Virus record (IMG/VR): IMGVR_UViG_3300037448_000016
Coordinates: 13,935 to 77,934 of that record
Reading direction: 5' to 3' (one strand)
Length of the DNA stretch: 64,000 bases
Source: a virus
Taxonomy: Duplodnaviria; Caudoviricetes
Positions 17,159 through 27,511 of the stretch are shown one piece after another (positions within the stretch are counted from its first letter, which is position 1; each line of letters opens with the position of its first letter). The translations under genes were made by a program, and so were the position numbers. The notes beneath the pieces were generated by a model, which was not told the origin of the DNA, ran no database searches, and saw only the letters and a program-made list of their open reading frames with translations.

Positions 17159-17881
17159 TCAGCCGGTCCACTTGATGCCGAGGGCCTTGCAGGTGAGCGG
17201 GCCCACGGCGGGATTCCTGTGATCCGCCCGCAGCGCGGGGGATGGTGAGTGCAACTTGAACGACTGCACCGCAGCCGTCGTCTTCGGGCCGAAGTCGCCG
17301 TCTGCGGTCAGCCGTGCCTTGGCCACCGCGTTCAGCGTCTTCTGGAGCAGGATGGTCGAGCGGTGATGGGACGTACCGGGCACCAGCACGAACGAGATCG
17401 ACTTCGTCGGGGTCTTCGCTTCACGGGCCACGCGGATCTTCTTGGCCAGCGCGGCGACCGCTGCCTTACCCGCGTTGATCTCGAAGTGCATCTCGTCCTT
17501 GCGGGAGGTGTAGTGCCCGCCCCAGCGGACCACACCGTCGCAGAAGTCGAGGATCTTGTCGATCGCCGCGACCTGTTTCGTGGTGAACGTGCCCCGGGCC
17601 GCCAGCGGGTGCTGGGGGGCGTTCAGATCGATCGCCGTACCGCTGGCGTGGTTGGAGATGGCCGTGGAACTGCCCCGGATCGTGCGGGCCGCGTAGCCCC
17701 AGCAACCGGGGACGACCAGGCGCTCAACGGTCTTGTTGAACTCGTCCGCGACGTAGATCAGCACGGTGGCGACGTCGCCGGGCAGGATCGGCAACTTCAC
17801 GGTGGTGGCGCCGGGCACGATGAAGGTGGCGATGTCGGCACGAGCGACGACCGGCCACCCGTTCTGGCTGTGATCGGTCAT
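17159..17881 (-). CDS. Endolysin: M15-family peptidase plus peptidoglycan-binding domain
   Basis: SQNGWP, WGYAAR, SNHASGTAIDLN, DEMHFE; LQKTLN...DGDFGPKT. Confidence 0.9.
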   Translation of the reverse strand: MTDHSQNGWPVVARADIATFIVPGATTVKLPILPGDVATVLIYVADEFNKTVERLVVPGCWGYAARTIRGSSTAISNHASGTAIDLNAPQHPLAARGTFTTKQVAAIDKILDFCDGVVRWGGHYTSRKDEMHFEINAGKAAVAALAKKIRVAREAKTPTKSISFVLVPGTSHHRSTILLQKTLNAVAKARLTADGDFGPKTTAAVQSFKLHSPSPALRADHRNPAVGPLTCKALGIKWTG

Positions 17882-17985
17882 CAGTCATCCACCCCTTCAG
17901 GGAACTCGTCGGGGTCGGCGTAGTCATCCGGCTCGACGGCGGTGTCGTCCGGGTCTGTCACTTCCTCGCTCGGCTGGGTGCTCAT
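17881..17985 (-). CDS. 34-aa acidic micropeptide
   Basis: Overlap-coupled to both neighbours; MSTQPSEEVTDPDDTAVEPDDYADPDEFPEGVDD. Confidence 0.45.
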   Translation of the reverse strand: MSTQPSEEVTDPDDTAVEPDDYADPDEFPEGVDD

Positions 17986-18368
17986 GGTGTGTGGTCTCCT
18001 AGGCTCGGGCGCTCCTTCAGATGGCGCACCTGTTCCAATAATGACTCGTATCGCCGGGCAAAATCGTCCCGCTCTGCCCGAATTTGCGCTTCCAGACGAT
18101 TGATGTCGCTTATGTACCGCTGGCGCTCGGCATTGAACTGGGCCCGCTCCTCCGCGAGAGTCGTCCTCAGCCGGGCGTTATCCTCCGCGAGTTCGTCCCG
18201 GGCCCGCGCGATCGTGGCGATCGAGGCGTCCACGAAAGTATTTTGCGTGATCTCCTTGGGCGGGCGGTTCTTCCAGTCCTTATAGGTCTCGTAGGCGTAC
18301 TTGGCGCCACCACCGGTCATGAGGACGGTGGCGATAGCGACCCAGGGGTCTGGCGTCGAATTAGGCAT
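17982..18368 (-). CDS. Membrane-anchored coiled-coil protein (lysis cassette)
   Basis: N-terminal TM (WVAIATVLMTGGG) followed by a long coiled coil. Confidence 0.7.
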   Translation of the reverse strand: MPNSTPDPWVAIATVLMTGGGAKYAYETYKDWKNRPPKEITQNTFVDASIATIARARDELAEDNARLRTTLAEERAQFNAERQRYISDINRLEAQIRAERDDFARRYESLLEQVRHLKERPSLGDHTP

Positions 18369-18783
18369 CAGTTGTTCCCGAGGTCCGTTCCATCTCCTTG
18401 ACCAACGCCGACTCGCGATCCTTAAGCCACCACCCCCTCAGGAGGCAGACGGCCGACAGCATTGCGAGGAGCCCGGCGACTGCTCCGCCCCGGCTCCAGC
18501 CCGACGTCCCGACCACGGTGGCCGCGTACGCGACCATTGTGGCTGAGAACAGATACATCCCACGGGCAACGGTTCGGTACCGCTTCTTCCAGAAGATCCC
18601 GCTCATCACCGAAACCCCGGCGATCAGCATCAGGACGCCCAGCCCCATCATGACCGCCGGGGGCAGGCCCCTCAGCGAACTGCTCGGCGGCTGCCCCAGA
18701 ATCACCTCGACGGCGATGTAGAGACCCCATGCCGTCATGCCGCTCTCCAGAGGGAACTCGGCAAGGTTCCGGGGGAACGTCAT
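18361..18783 (-). CDS. Four-TM membrane protein (lysis cassette)
   Basis: Starts MTFPRN; four hydrophobic helices. Confidence 0.65.
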   Translation of the reverse strand: MTFPRNLAEFPLESGMTAWGLYIAVEVILGQPPSSSLRGLPPAVMMGLGVLMLIAGVSVMSGIFWKKRYRTVARGMYLFSATMVAYAATVVGTSGWSRGGAVAGLLAMLSAVCLLRGWWLKDRESALVKEMERTSGTTDA

Positions 18784-18838
18784 CAGCAGGATCTTCCGTT
18801 GCAGACGGGCGCGGGCGGTAATCAAAAGAGGCTCCAGT

Positions 18839-19594
18839 TCACAGGATTCGCACGATGTACGGCAGCGAAAGGTAGGGCGGCATGTTGTTGTGCGCCGTGC
18901 CGGACCCCACAGATGAGTGAGTGTGCCCGCCGTTCGCGCTGGAGGTGTTCGAGCCGGACGGGGTCGGCAGGAGCGTGCCGAACAGGTCAGCCGTCTTCGA
19001 GCGGTTGTCCGTGACGTACGACTGCACAGTGTGCGTATGGTCGCCCACCCCTCCGTGATCATGGGCGGGCAGGTTGGCCACGGTCAGCGTGGCGGTCTCG
19101 GCCCCGCCGGTGGTGGCCTGCGCGTGGCTGGCCGACACGCCGAGCGGGAACTTGCCTCGCAGGTCCGGCAGGTTGAAAGTGGTTGACCCGTCGCCGGTCC
19201 CGTACGCGGTTCCCATCGTGGCGAACGCGACCGGGTAGTCCGTCCGGCTGATCGCTGAACCGTCGCAGACGGCCCACCCGGCAGGCGCCGTGGAGCCAGC
19301 GAACGGCATGATGGCCCCGATCGGGTTGGCGCTCGACTCGCCGGACAGCCGACCCCCGACGATCCATACTGATGAGTATTGAAGCAACCACACACGGTCA
19401 CCAACATGGAGGAAGGTGTCTTCGGAGCGCGACACCCAGCCGGTACCGGTCTCCGACGTCTGCACCTTGCCGCCCGCCCCCGCGTCCACTGCCGTGATGG
19501 TGGCGAATCGCATGGTCAGCGGGCGATCTCCCGACGTCGACAACTGGTCGGCCAGTTTCTCGATCGCGGTGGCGTTCGCCGATGAGTCAGCCAT
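18839..19594 (-). CDS. Tail fibre/minor tail protein with tail-collar domain
   Basis: PIGAIMPFAGSTAPAGWAVCDG...TTFNLPDLRGKFPLG; HNNMPPYLSLPYIVR. Confidence 0.88.
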   Translation of the reverse strand: MADSSANATAIEKLADQLSTSGDRPLTMRFATITAVDAGAGGKVQTSETGTGWVSRSEDTFLHVGDRVWLLQYSSVWIVGGRLSGESSANPIGAIMPFAGSTAPAGWAVCDGSAISRTDYPVAFATMGTAYGTGDGSTTFNLPDLRGKFPLGVSASHAQATTGGAETATLTVANLPAHDHGGVGDHTHTVQSYVTDNRSKTADLFGTLLPTPSGSNTSSANGGHTHSSVGSGTAHNNMPPYLSLPYIVRIL

Positions 19595-20711
19595 TGCTGG
19601 TGAAGCCTCCCAGGCCGATCTGCTGGCAGAGCAGCCGGACGTGATCACCTTGGGTGTTGATGATCGGAATGGTGCCGGACTTGATCAGGTAATCGGCGTT
19701 GATCTTGGTCCGGGGATCGATGATGGTGATCACGTCCCCGACGTCGTGCTGCGGCCCGCCGCGCGTGAAGATCTCGACCCTCTGCGGCATGTTGGTGACC
19801 CGGGGGAACAGGCCGTTGGCGATGTCGAGAGCCTGCGCGGACGTCGTGATGAACTCGCTGTAGTACCCGTACGGACGGCGGCCGAACGGCCCCAGGGAGT
19901 ACGTCGGGCTGGCCGGGTTGACGTCCCAGACGGCCACGGCGAACGAGGTGTGGTCCGGGTTGGCGCCTTTCACGATGACCCCGGAGTTGACGTCGGTGTT
20001 GTCCCACGTCTGCTCACTGGAGATCAGCAGGCCGTTCGGCCCCGTCGCGTAGGTGATTCCGGTGCGCTCCTCGGTGAACGGCTCGATGACCGCCGTCCCC
20101 AGCGGGTCGAAGTAGAACACCATGTTCGTCGCCTTGCAGATGTCGGAGATCCCGTCCCATGGGGAAGACAGTTGCGGCAGAATGGTTTCGCTGAGCACGT
20201 ATGCCGAAGGCGTGACCCGGACCGGAACGGTGGGCAGCCGGTCCGCCATGATCATCGCCAGGCCGGTCGAAGCCAGCGTTCCGGCCGGGATGACGAACGG
20301 GGTCTCGAACTGAAGCGCCCGCAGGTGGTCGAGCCGGTCGAATCCCTTGACCTCGATCTTGGTCCCGGCCTCGTTCGCCCGCGTCGCCGGGGAGACCAGA
20401 CCGAACACGCCCATCGGGACGTACTCGTAGTCACCGATGCTCGGGATGTAAAGCCCCCGGTAGATACGGATCTCGGTACCTTTCGGCGCCAGCAGGTCAG
20501 TGGCCTGGCTCGGCGTCAGCACACCGTCCGCGTCCACCAGGGTGAAGTGGGCTTCCCGCCGGACCGCGACGTTGTCCAGGCTGACGTACCCCTGCACGAT
20601 GACGTCCAGCGCGGTGACGATCTCGTTGCCGAAAATCACCTCGATGTACGTCTTCCACCGGCGCGAGTTCGAGAGCAACTGTTCCTTGTAGAGTTCCGAA
20701 ACCGCCCACAT
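19587..20711 (-). CDS. Minor tail protein (baseplate hub-like)
   Basis: Position in tail cluster; YEYVPMGVFG and RRPYGYYSEFIT. Confidence 0.75.
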   Translation of the reverse strand: MWAVSELYKEQLLSNSRRWKTYIEVIFGNEIVTALDVIVQGYVSLDNVAVRREAHFTLVDADGVLTPSQATDLLAPKGTEIRIYRGLYIPSIGDYEYVPMGVFGLVSPATRANEAGTKIEVKGFDRLDHLRALQFETPFVIPAGTLASTGLAMIMADRLPTVPVRVTPSAYVLSETILPQLSSPWDGISDICKATNMVFYFDPLGTAVIEPFTEERTGITYATGPNGLLISSEQTWDNTDVNSGVIVKGANPDHTSFAVAVWDVNPASPTYSLGPFGRRPYGYYSEFITTSAQALDIANGLFPRVTNMPQRVEIFTRGGPQHDVGDVITIIDPRTKINADYLIKSGTIPIINTQGDHVRLLCQQIGLGGFTSNG

Positions 20712-20712
20712 A

Positions 20713-23700
20713 TCAGATCACTTCGACATAGTCGACGTCGATCTGGCGGTGCCGCTGCTGGTACACGTTGTACTGCCTCCGGATGAGCCGCGCCTTGAAG
20801 GTCTTCCCGTTCGGCTGCTGGACGATGAAGATCGACGTGGAGCGCAGCACGGAGACGACCGCCTCGATGTCGGTCGCGTAGGTGAAGATCGTGATGGTGC
20901 CGGTCGCGGCCTGCTCGCCCTCGGTATCCACGATCGGGTACTCGCGTCCCGAAGGGTGGCTGATGCTGGACTGCTCGTCGTCGATCCGGTGGTGGTTGGT
21001 CACCAGGGCGTACAACTCGTTGTCCGGCACGCTCAGGTCCCGGATCCCCCAGCGGTCGGCATCGATCGTCAGCGTGGCGACCAGGCTGACGGCGCTCTCC
21101 ACGGCGGAGCCGCCACCGGCGTCCACGTCGGTGAAACCCCGGTAGGAGACTTCCGTGTTGAACGGCATGTACCGGTCGATCGCACTGGCCTGCTGCGCCA
21201 GGGTCGGCTTCACCCGGTCCAGGATCTGGGTCCAGGTCAGCCCGCCGTCGTCCGAGCGCTCCACCCGTACCGTCTGCGTAGCGGAGTAGCCGCCTGGCTG
21301 CCAGGCCACGGTCCGGCCTGGGTGGAACGAGGGGAACGCGCTGTAGAAGATCTCTCCACCGGCCGTCGCGCCCAGGATCTCGAACACGACGCGGGCCAGC
21401 ACGGCGCCGACCGGCGCCACGTCGGTGACGAACGCCTGGACGTAGAACGTCGAATTGATGGTGAACTGGTTGCCGACCGACTCGCTGATCAGCGTGCCGG
21501 TGCCATCGTCGGCGTCGTACCAGCGGATCCTCACTCGCGCCGACCGGCTGGCCGACGCACAGCGCAGCGAGGAGAGCGCGGTGTACGCGACCCCCGCCAC
21601 CACGGGGAACGACAGCGGCCCGTTCGGCTGGACCTGACCGTACGGTGCCAGCGGGGGCGAGCCCGGCTTCGTCCGCACGCCGACGAGCCCCGCCGCCACG
21701 GAGGTGATCTTCACGCCCTGGTACAACTGGTTGACCGAGTCCGAAACCTGCTGCACGACAGTCGAATTAGCGTCGTTCTCCCAGCCGTCCGAACCGTCGT
21801 TCTGCGCTGTCGTCAGGAACGACGACTGGGCCAGGATGCTCAACTGGGTGAACGGGGCCTGGGTCAGGAAGTCGACACCGTCGATCGTCTCGATCAGCGG
21901 GCCGGACGGCGGCGTGATCGAGATCGAGAACTGGGTGTAGACCCAGGCCGACTGCACTCCGGTCGCGCTGGTCGAGCGGACGTACGCCCGGTACGTCGCC
22001 CCGTTGGTCAGCGGGACGCCAGTGCGGGTGGAGCGGGCGATGGCCGAAGACACCACGCCGGAATCCCACGTCGCCGTGGTGACGTCGGGGTCGATGCTGG
22101 CCTGCTCAAGGATGATCTTCACCTGGTAGTCCCGCTGCGCGTCCAGGCTGGTGTACGTCCAGCCGACCAGCGGGGTGGAGTCACCGAACACCAGCCCGGA
22201 GGGCGACGTCGGCGTGACGGCCGGGGCCGTGGTGGCGACCACGGTGCGCCCCGTGGCGAAGGCGCTGTTCGAGCCGGTGGACGATTTGGTGCTGACCGAC
22301 CACACGTACGTGGTGCCGGTCGTCCACTTCCCGGCCGGGAAGATGGCCTGCGTCGGCGTGGCCGGTACGGTCGTGTTGTAGACGACCCCGGCCTGCCACG
22401 CCTGCGTGCTGACGTTCCAGTACTCGGTGGTGCTGGAGTAGATCCGCCGGAAAGCCCACGCCTGCTGGGTGTCCCCGGGGGAGACCGGGTTGTAGGTCCA
22501 GGAGAAGACCTGGCCGACCGCGAGGTCGGCGCTCGCCCCCGACGCGGGGGAGACCAGCACCGGAGCGCTCGGGGCGCGCACGAGCGCGACCAACTGCTGG
22601 TAGTAGATCTGCCACGTCGTGCCGCCGCCCTGGGCGTAGATCATGTCCACGCTGTCACGGCTCGGGTGCCGGACCAATTGGATCTTGCCATCGTCGCCGG
22701 TGCTCGGCGGGGCCTGCGATACCGCGACGGCCCAGGCCGACCAGGTTGTCGTGGCGCGGGTGAACTTCGACCAGCGGATATCGCCGTCCGTGGCGTCGTA
22801 GTAGGCCAGGTAGACGTCACCGGTGGTCGGGTCGCACGACAGCGACAGGCCCAGCACGTTGCCGGTCCCGCCGGGCGCGGCCGGAGGGTTGCGTGCGGTG
22901 GGTGCCGCGACGCCGTCCCATTCGTAGACGTTGATCGTGGCCGACGTCTTGCTGTAGGCCACCATCAGCCGGGAGCCGTCCCAGACGGACGCCAGCGCGG
23001 TGTTCACCAGGTCGCCGGTGTCGACAGTGACCGGCGCGTCCCAGGTCCAGGTGCCGCCGGAGTAGACCGCCCGGTTGAGCCGGATCGGGGCGCTACTGGC
23101 CTGCACGCCGGTGGTGAAGAAGATGTGAGGGGCGGCGGACGGCGTCCGGCCGTCACCGTTGTGCGCGAACTCCAGGGTGCCGTACTGATTGGCCTGAAGC
23201 CCGCTGGACGGGCCGGTGGCGGTCGTGACGACGCTCAGGGCACCCGAGGCACTGACGGCCACCCGTGAGACCTGTGAGCCACCCGTGGGGCCCTGGGTGA
23301 ACTCGACGAACGCGACCCAGCCGGTGCCGTTGCGGAACGCCACGACGTCGGACTCGACACCGAGCCGCCCCGCCGCCGGGGAGATCGTCAGCGTGGTCCA
23401 GGACCAGCCTGGCGACGTCGTGCTGGTACCGGTCGGCGTGCCCCGGGCGTAGATGACCACCTGGGGGTTGTTGGACCAGACGATCCACGAGAGGTGCGCG
23501 TAACCGTCCGCGTCGATGAAGAACGACGGCACGGCGGTTGGCTGATTTAGGCCCAGGTCACTCGTCCCGGCGTAGGCCCACGAGTTGCCGCCGTCCACCG
23601 AGCGGAAGAACTTCGCCATGCCGACCGTTCCGGCCGCCACGATGCAGGCCCACATCGACCCGTCCGGGGCGAGGTCGAGCCGTTTCTCCGGGGAGCCCTG

Positions 23701-23742
23701 GAGCGAGTCGCCGTGGTTGCCATCCGTGATCTTGGTGGCCAC
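20713..23742 (-). CDS. Large minor tail protein (beta-propeller-like N-terminus, Fn3/Ig-like repeats, carbohydrate-binding-like segment)
   Basis: 1009 aa, S/T/W-rich beta content, immediately after the TMP. Confidence 0.75.
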   Translation of the reverse strand: MATKITDGNHGDSLQGSPEKRLDLAPDGSMWACIVAAGTVGMAKFFRSVDGGNSWAYAGTSDLGLNQPTAVPSFFIDADGYAHLSWIVWSNNPQVVIYARGTPTGTSTTSPGWSWTTLTISPAAGRLGVESDVVAFRNGTGWVAFVEFTQGPTGGSQVSRVAVSASGALSVVTTATGPSSGLQANQYGTLEFAHNGDGRTPSAAPHIFFTTGVQASSAPIRLNRAVYSGGTWTWDAPVTVDTGDLVNTALASVWDGSRLMVAYSKTSATINVYEWDGVAAPTARNPPAAPGGTGNVLGLSLSCDPTTGDVYLAYYDATDGDIRWSKFTRATTTWSAWAVAVSQAPPSTGDDGKIQLVRHPSRDSVDMIYAQGGGTTWQIYYQQLVALVRAPSAPVLVSPASGASADLAVGQVFSWTYNPVSPGDTQQAWAFRRIYSSTTEYWNVSTQAWQAGVVYNTTVPATPTQAIFPAGKWTTGTTYVWSVSTKSSTGSNSAFATGRTVVATTAPAVTPTSPSGLVFGDSTPLVGWTYTSLDAQRDYQVKIILEQASIDPDVTTATWDSGVVSSAIARSTRTGVPLTNGATYRAYVRSTSATGVQSAWVYTQFSISITPPSGPLIETIDGVDFLTQAPFTQLSILAQSSFLTTAQNDGSDGWENDANSTVVQQVSDSVNQLYQGVKITSVAAGLVGVRTKPGSPPLAPYGQVQPNGPLSFPVVAGVAYTALSSLRCASASRSARVRIRWYDADDGTGTLISESVGNQFTINSTFYVQAFVTDVAPVGAVLARVVFEILGATAGGEIFYSAFPSFHPGRTVAWQPGGYSATQTVRVERSDDGGLTWTQILDRVKPTLAQQASAIDRYMPFNTEVSYRGFTDVDAGGGSAVESAVSLVATLTIDADRWGIRDLSVPDNELYALVTNHHRIDDEQSSISHPSGREYPIVDTEGEQAATGTITIFTYATDIEAVVSVLRSTSIFIVQQPNGKTFKARLIRRQYNVYQQRHRQIDVDYVEVI

Positions 23743-23751
23743 GTCGTCCTC

Positions 23752-26700
23752 CTACCTCCGCTGAATTGCGTTCAGCAACTTGTCTGCCAGTTGGTCACCA
23801 GCGCCCGAGATGGCCGCCTGCACCTGGACAGCGGAGGCGTTGTCGCCCACAGTGACCTGGACCGCTCCGGAGGCTACCTGAATGGTAGCCGCCCCGGCCC
23901 CGCTGGCTGGCCGGACGCTGCTCAGCCCGGCGTTGGCGATCTGATCGAACGCCGCCGAACCGTTCAACTGGAGGGTCATCAGGTCAGCGATGTCCTTGGC
24001 CGCTGTGGCGATGGCCGGAGTCGAGTTGGCGATACCGGCGGCCAGGTCCTCACTGAAGTGCTGGCCACGGATCTGCGTCCAGCCCTGCCCGGACAATGGG
24101 CCGGTCACGGCGGGCGAGCCTGGCAGCAGGTCGGTGATCTTTTTGACCGCGCCTTTCACGGCGTCCAGTGCCGAGCCCAGCCCGGACAGAATCCCCTTGG
24201 CGAAATCCTCCATCAGCGCCCGGCCTGCCGACAGGAAGCGGCCCGCCGAGCCGGTAATCGCTGAAACCATCCGGCCGATCCCAGAGGAGACCGCCGAGAC
24301 GGTACTGGAGAAGCCAGATTTCACGGCCGACACGATGTTGCTCATCCCGGTCCGCACCGCCGACACCATGTTCGACCAACCGCTGCGGACAGCGCTGACG
24401 ATGCTGGACAGAACGCTGGTGAACGTCGAGTGAATCGCATTCCAGGTCGAACTGATCACCGAGTGGATCGCTGACATCGCGGCCGAGATGAGGCTGCGCA
24501 TGGTGGACCAGGCCGAACTCACCCCGGCCACGATCGCGTTCAGCGCGGCGGTGAAAATCGCCCTGATAGCGGCCCAGGCGCTCGACAGGATCGACTTCCA
24601 GGTGTCGGCCGCCGCCGTCAGCCCGGAAACGATGAGCGACCAGGCGGCTTTCAGCAGGGCGACGATGGCATCCCACGTAGCCTTGCTCAGCGAGACGATC
24701 GTCTTCCAGGCCGCCGTCAACCCGGCCACGACCGCGTTCCATCCGGCGACGAAAATGGCGATCACTGCGGCCCAGAAAGCATTGATCCCGGCCTGGATCG
24801 CGTTGACCGCACCGGTGAAGATGCTCGTGATCAGGTTCCACGCCGCCGTGACGCCAGAAGTGATGAGAGACCAGGCGGTCTGTGCGGCGGTTTCCAGCCC
24901 GGCCCACATGGCGGCCCAGACCTGAAGCAGCACGGCGCCGAAGGCCACGACGATACCGATGACGACCTCCACGGCGGCGCGCAGCAGGCCGAAGATGATC
25001 GTCCAGACGCCCTGGAGGATCAGGACGATCCCGTTCCACATCGCGGACCAGTCACCGGCCAGCAGGGCGCCGAAGAAGGTGATGATCCCCTCGATGATCA
25101 GGATCGCCCCGGAGATCACCGCCTTGATGGCGTCCCAGACGCCCTGAAGGATGATCAGCATCCCGGGCCAGATCGTGCTCCACAGGCCCGTGATGAACGC
25201 CAGCCCGGCCTGGAAGATGGCCGATATGACCGTCCAGGCGGCGGAGAAGAACGTGACGATGTTGTTCCAGGCGGCCTGGAAGGTGCCCGCGTTCTTGCTG
25301 GCCCAGTCCCGGATCTGGTTGAACTGCTCGATGACGAAGCCGACCACGGTGGCGACCACCGGGCCGAACGTGCTGCTCAGCCAGGCAGCGACCGCCCCCA
25401 GCCCGCCGACGATCGCGGTGAAGACGGTGGATGCGAACGCCAGGACCGCACCGGCGACCGCGTCCACGACGGTACGGAACGTCTGAAAATGACCGTAGGC
25501 GTAGATAATCGCTGCCGCCAGGGCGACCACCGCGAGCACCACCAGGGTGATGGGCGAGGTGATGAGCGCCAGAGTCGAGGCGAACAGTCCGGCGCCGACT
25601 TCCGCCACACCGAACGCGACCGCGATCGACTCGACCAGGCCGATGACCGCCGTGATGGGGCCCACCACGGCGAGGAACGCCGCCGCGAGCCCGGTCGACA
25701 GGAACGCTATGGCCACCAGGTGGGGCGCGATGTCGGACGCCACCTTGATGAGATCGAAGATCCGGGAGACGACGAAGACGATCCCCTCACCGACCGGCGC
25801 CAGCGCCCGGACGAGGGAGACGAACCCCTGGGCGAACGCCCCGATCAGCGCGAGCACGGCCGGGGTCTGGTCACGGATGTACTGCACGAAGTCCTGGAAC
25901 GACGTGTTCGTGGCCAGGTTCGTGGCCCACTCGGCGAACCTGGCCGTCATAGCCTCCAGCCCGCCGGAGAACGAGACGGACAGCGGCATGAAGCCACTCA
26001 CCAGACCGGCGAACGCCTTCAGAAGGTTGCCGATCGAGCGGCCCAGCGACTCCAGCATCGGCTTCGCCTGGCTGCCGACCATGCTGATGAACCCCTGCCA
26101 GAACGGGCCGGTCAGCGCGGACACCGCCGAGCGCTCCAGGTCCAGGAAGGCGTCGGCCGCGCCTTTCACGATCGGGGCCAGCGACGGCAGGAGCCCGCCG
26201 AGGCCGCGTAGCCCTTCCTGCGCGATCTGGAAGATCTCCGGCTGGAACTGGGCCGCGAACGTGTGCCAGGCCGCCTGAAACGCCTGGATCGACTTCACCA
26301 TCTGCTGCTGCGCCGGGGTAAGGGAATCCATGATCCCCTTCAACTTGGTCAGCGCGGCGTCCCGTTGCGCGTCGGTGGTGGCCTGGTTGTACTGCAACTG
26401 CGCGGCCTTCATCTTGGTCAGCGCCTGAGTGACCGGCGAGAAGACCGACACTGCAACGGCGCCGAACAGTCCGGCCGCCACGCCCGCGACGGTAAGTTCG
26501 GCGGCGAGCGCGGCGATCCCACCGACCGCGACCGCACCGATCGGGATCAGCGCCGGGGCCAGCAGCAGAACGGCGGCGACCAGCCCGCGCATGTTGCCTG
26601 ACGCCCGGTTCGACGTCGTGCCGAGCCGGTCCATGGACTGCTCGGCCTCATCGATCGGCCCCCGGTTGATATCCACGTCGATGTCGATGCTTTCGGCCCG

Positions 26701-27300
26701 CACCCGATCGATCTCGGCCTGGAGACGGGCGATGGCGGCAGCCGCGTCGAAGTCGACGTCGATCACCACGTCCTCTTCGCCGAGGCGATTGACTTCCTCG
26801 TCCAGCGCCGCGACATCAGCCTCAGCCGCCGCCGTGTCGACGTCGACCTCAACGTCCACATCGTTGAGTTCGTCGAGATTCTCACGTAGATCATCGATCT
26901 CCGCCGTGGCCTCGCCGGTGTCGACGTCGACCTCAACGGTCTCGTCCGACAGGTCGTTGAGTTCCTGCTCGATCTCATCGAGCGCGGCCCGCGCCTCATC
27001 GGTGTTCAGGTCGATGTCGACTTCTTCGTCCGACAGGTCGTTGAGTTCCTGCCGGAGTTCGTCCAGCGCCGCTTCGGCCGGTTCGATATCGGCGTCGACT
27101 TCCACGTCCTCGTTACCGAGGGCTTCGAGTTCGGCTTCCAGTTCGTCGATCGCGGCCTGGGCCTCGGACGTGTCCGCGTCGATGTCGACCTCGGGGTTCT
27201 GCCCCTCCAGTTCCCGGATCAGTGCGTCCAGGCGCAGGATCGTCTCAGTCGCGTCGTCTTTAGCGTTGATCTGAACGTCGAGTTCAGCGACTGTCGGCAT
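23752..27300 (-). CDS. Tape measure protein
   Basis: 1182 aa, Ala/Gly/Trp-rich 11-residue repeats, follows the tail assembly chaperones. Confidence 0.93.
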   Translation of the reverse strand: MPTVAELDVQINAKDDATETILRLDALIRELEGQNPEVDIDADTSEAQAAIDELEAELEALGNEDVEVDADIEPAEAALDELRQELNDLSDEEVDIDLNTDEARAALDEIEQELNDLSDETVEVDVDTGEATAEIDDLRENLDELNDVDVEVDVDTAAAEADVAALDEEVNRLGEEDVVIDVDFDAAAAIARLQAEIDRVRAESIDIDVDINRGPIDEAEQSMDRLGTTSNRASGNMRGLVAAVLLLAPALIPIGAVAVGGIAALAAELTVAGVAAGLFGAVAVSVFSPVTQALTKMKAAQLQYNQATTDAQRDAALTKLKGIMDSLTPAQQQMVKSIQAFQAAWHTFAAQFQPEIFQIAQEGLRGLGGLLPSLAPIVKGAADAFLDLERSAVSALTGPFWQGFISMVGSQAKPMLESLGRSIGNLLKAFAGLVSGFMPLSVSFSGGLEAMTARFAEWATNLATNTSFQDFVQYIRDQTPAVLALIGAFAQGFVSLVRALAPVGEGIVFVVSRIFDLIKVASDIAPHLVAIAFLSTGLAAAFLAVVGPITAVIGLVESIAVAFGVAEVGAGLFASTLALITSPITLVVLAVVALAAAIIYAYGHFQTFRTVVDAVAGAVLAFASTVFTAIVGGLGAVAAWLSSTFGPVVATVVGFVIEQFNQIRDWASKNAGTFQAAWNNIVTFFSAAWTVISAIFQAGLAFITGLWSTIWPGMLIILQGVWDAIKAVISGAILIIEGIITFFGALLAGDWSAMWNGIVLILQGVWTIIFGLLRAAVEVVIGIVVAFGAVLLQVWAAMWAGLETAAQTAWSLITSGVTAAWNLITSIFTGAVNAIQAGINAFWAAVIAIFVAGWNAVVAGLTAAWKTIVSLSKATWDAIVALLKAAWSLIVSGLTAAADTWKSILSSAWAAIRAIFTAALNAIVAGVSSAWSTMRSLISAAMSAIHSVISSTWNAIHSTFTSVLSSIVSAVRSGWSNMVSAVRTGMSNIVSAVKSGFSSTVSAVSSGIGRMVSAITGSAGRFLSAGRALMEDFAKGILSGLGSALDAVKGAVKKITDLLPGSPAVTGPLSGQGWTQIRGQHFSEDLAAGIANSTPAIATAAKDIADLMTLQLNGSAAFDQIANAGLSSVRPASGAGAATIQVASGAVQVTVGDNASAVQVQAAISGAGDQLADKLLNAIQRR

Positions 27301-27304
27301 CCTG

Positions 27305-27511
27305 CTACACCTTCGTTCTCGTTATCCCGTGGCCATTTTCGACTCCTTGCGCTGCCAAGGCCCACCGCATCCACACGACTGGCTTCTCGGCCAGATCCCA
27401 GGGCGGCACGCCGAGGTAACGTGCCGCCTGGATCAGCGAGAACCACATGGGCACCTCACCCATCGTGCCGTCGGTGGCCGCCCACCGGCGGAGGGCCTTC
27501 AGGCTTCCCCC
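27305..27511 (-). CDS. Tail assembly chaperone, -1 frameshift extension (gpGT-like)
   Basis: Open -1 frame GSLKALRRW...AARYLGVPPWDL...TKV* after the slippery site. Confidence 0.8.
   Translation of the reverse strand, partial: GGSLKALRRWAATDGTMGEVPMWFSLIQAARYLGVPPWDLAEKPVVWMRWALAAQGVENGHGITRTKV

Noticed and set aside
20749-23268. 839-aa plus-strand ORF
   Set aside because: Antisense to the minor tail gene; no independent signals
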